Program-made: the position numbers and the translations under genes
Source: an archaeon
GTDB taxonomy: Archaea; Iainarchaeota; Iainarchaeia; Iainarchaeales; JANQMZ01
NCBI GenBank assembly: GCA_028279805.1
Contig: JANQMZ010000001.1
Location: forward strand, 1-5,972
Direction: 5' to 3'
Length of the DNA: 5,972 nt
Notes under the pieces: model-generated
What the model was told of the DNA's origin: nothing
What the model saw: the letters and a program-made list of their open reading frames with translations, nothing else
Database searches by the model: none
Shown here: in pieces, positions 5,256-5,972 of the stretch
Position numbering within the stretch: position 1 is the first letter of the stretch
Layout of the letters: every line of letters starts with the position of its first letter

Positions 5256-5456
5256 TCAAATTTTATGTGTTTTGACCCTATCCTATGGGACCTACTCAAG
5301 AAAAAAGTCTACCCCCAACCGCAATTCCGAACATCGTACCAAAATTTGTTGAAACACCCCAACGAGAAATATTTAACGACGCCATATTGGAAAACTATAC
5401 GTAGCAGCGGATACAGAGTGTATAGGTTTTGTAGCTCTTTTCGCGGGGAGCGTTGA
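5256..5456 (+). pseudogene. Remnant resembling the C-terminal tail of a Tc1/mariner-superfamily (DDE_3-type) transposase; alternative weak reading as H2B
   Basis: Track ORF 5265..5456 reads CFDPILWDLLKKKVYPQPQFRTSYQNLLKH...TTPYW...GYRVYRFCSSFRG. The recalled tail consensus is CDFFLWG.LK.KVY..P.RT..ELK......TP......L.YRL..C....G. The shared residues are colinear (C, LW, K.KVY, P, RT, TP, YR, C, G). No upstream catalytic domain is visible. Confidence 0.35.
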
Positions 5457-5615
5457 TGATGTTTTTGTGCTCCTTAAGTATGAAAAAAGTGGTGGAGCTT
5501 GCGCAGAAACACCAAGGCTACTACTTAAACTGCCTACCACAGTGAGAAAACAACTATGGAATTAAATTTCAAAGCTTTCACAAAATAAATACCAGTTTTC
5601 TGTGAATTAAAAATA

Positions 5616-5876
5616 ATGCTGAATATCTATTCTGCAAAGCTTTTGAAGTTCTTACAAGAAAGTAATGAAACCCTAAAAGCTGGCATGTTTACATTTGCCC
5701 CATATGTAATGGAATGTTGGGAAAATACAGAATATGAATGCGATAGCCCAGGTCTTTCTGTTGAACTTTTGAATGAACTTTGCAATTTCCTCTCCATCAA
5801 GTGTCAACTTGTGGCAGTTAACCATAGCATGTTTGGTGACAATCTGTCAGGACAGTGGAGAGGCATCATGAGACAG
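5616..5876 (+). CDS. Exon of an ionotropic glutamate receptor-like protein (ligand-binding S1 lobe); 5' boundary uncertain (ATG 5616 or acceptor CAG ending at 5595)
   Basis: The exon translates to MLNIYSAKLLKFLQESNETLKAGMFTFAPYVMECWENTEYECDSPGLSVELLNELCNFLSIKCQLVAVNHSMFGDNLSGQWRGIMRQ. This matches the iGluR S1 pattern: PFVM ... G(Y/F)C(I/V)DLL.EL...L.F.YE...V.D.K(Y/F)G.......W.GM(V/I).EL. It ends at a GTAAATAA donor (5877) in phase 0. Confidence 0.75.
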
Positions 5877-5938
5877 GTAAATAAACAAAAACTAAAAATT
5901 TATCTTGCCAATATGGTGAAGCAACACAAAATTTTCAG

Positions 5939-5972
5939 GTTATAGTCCAAGAGTTCAACATATCGGTGCCCA
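5939..5972 (+). CDS. Next exon of the iGluR-like gene (runs off the window)
   Basis: The exon follows an ATTTTCAG acceptor ending at 5938 (62-nt intron). It is in frame and reads VIVQEFNISVP. This corresponds to the ...(A)D(I/L)A(V/I)(A)P... segment that follows W.GM in iGluRs. Confidence 0.6.

Noticed and set aside
1-5972. Prokaryotic-style systems (operons, CRISPR arrays, defence islands, toxin-antitoxin pairs, integrons)
   Set aside because: There are no long uninterrupted ORFs, no regular repeat-spacer architecture and no Shine-Dalgarno-type spacing. The clear spliceosomal introns and metazoan domains (TSR, iGluR) show the window is eukaryotic.

Overview
This is eukaryotic nuclear DNA of nematode type, not a prokaryotic locus. 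It has short AT-rich introns, GTAAGTT/GTGAGTT donors and TTTTCAG/TTTTAG acceptors. The supplied bacterial-style ORF track therefore mis-segments most of it.

- **Left edge (1-951, + strand):** the last five exons of a type I membrane protein. It has one thrombospondin type-1 repeat, a Ser/Thr-rich stalk, one transmembrane helix and a short tail ending -SSIV.
- **Right edge (about 5596-5972, + strand):** exons of an ionotropic-glutamate-receptor-like ligand-binding (S1 lobe) protein that runs off the window.
- **Middle (about 1000-5450):** a roughly 4.4 kb low-complexity tract that is strongly G-poor and A+C-rich on the + strand, with no intact long gene.

The middle tract contains what look like eroded core-histone fragments:
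- an H2A piece on the - strand with an exact 9-aa NDEELNKLL match;
- a colinear, frameshifted H4 piece on the - strand;
- H3-like pieces.

It also holds a transposase-tail-like remnant, several palindromes, short tandem duplications, a G13 tract and phased A/T runs.

I see no evidence for a novel multi-gene system. The most notable observation is the decayed histone-cluster-like region with strand-asymmetric composition. All homology statements rest on my recall of family consensus sequences, not on a database search.
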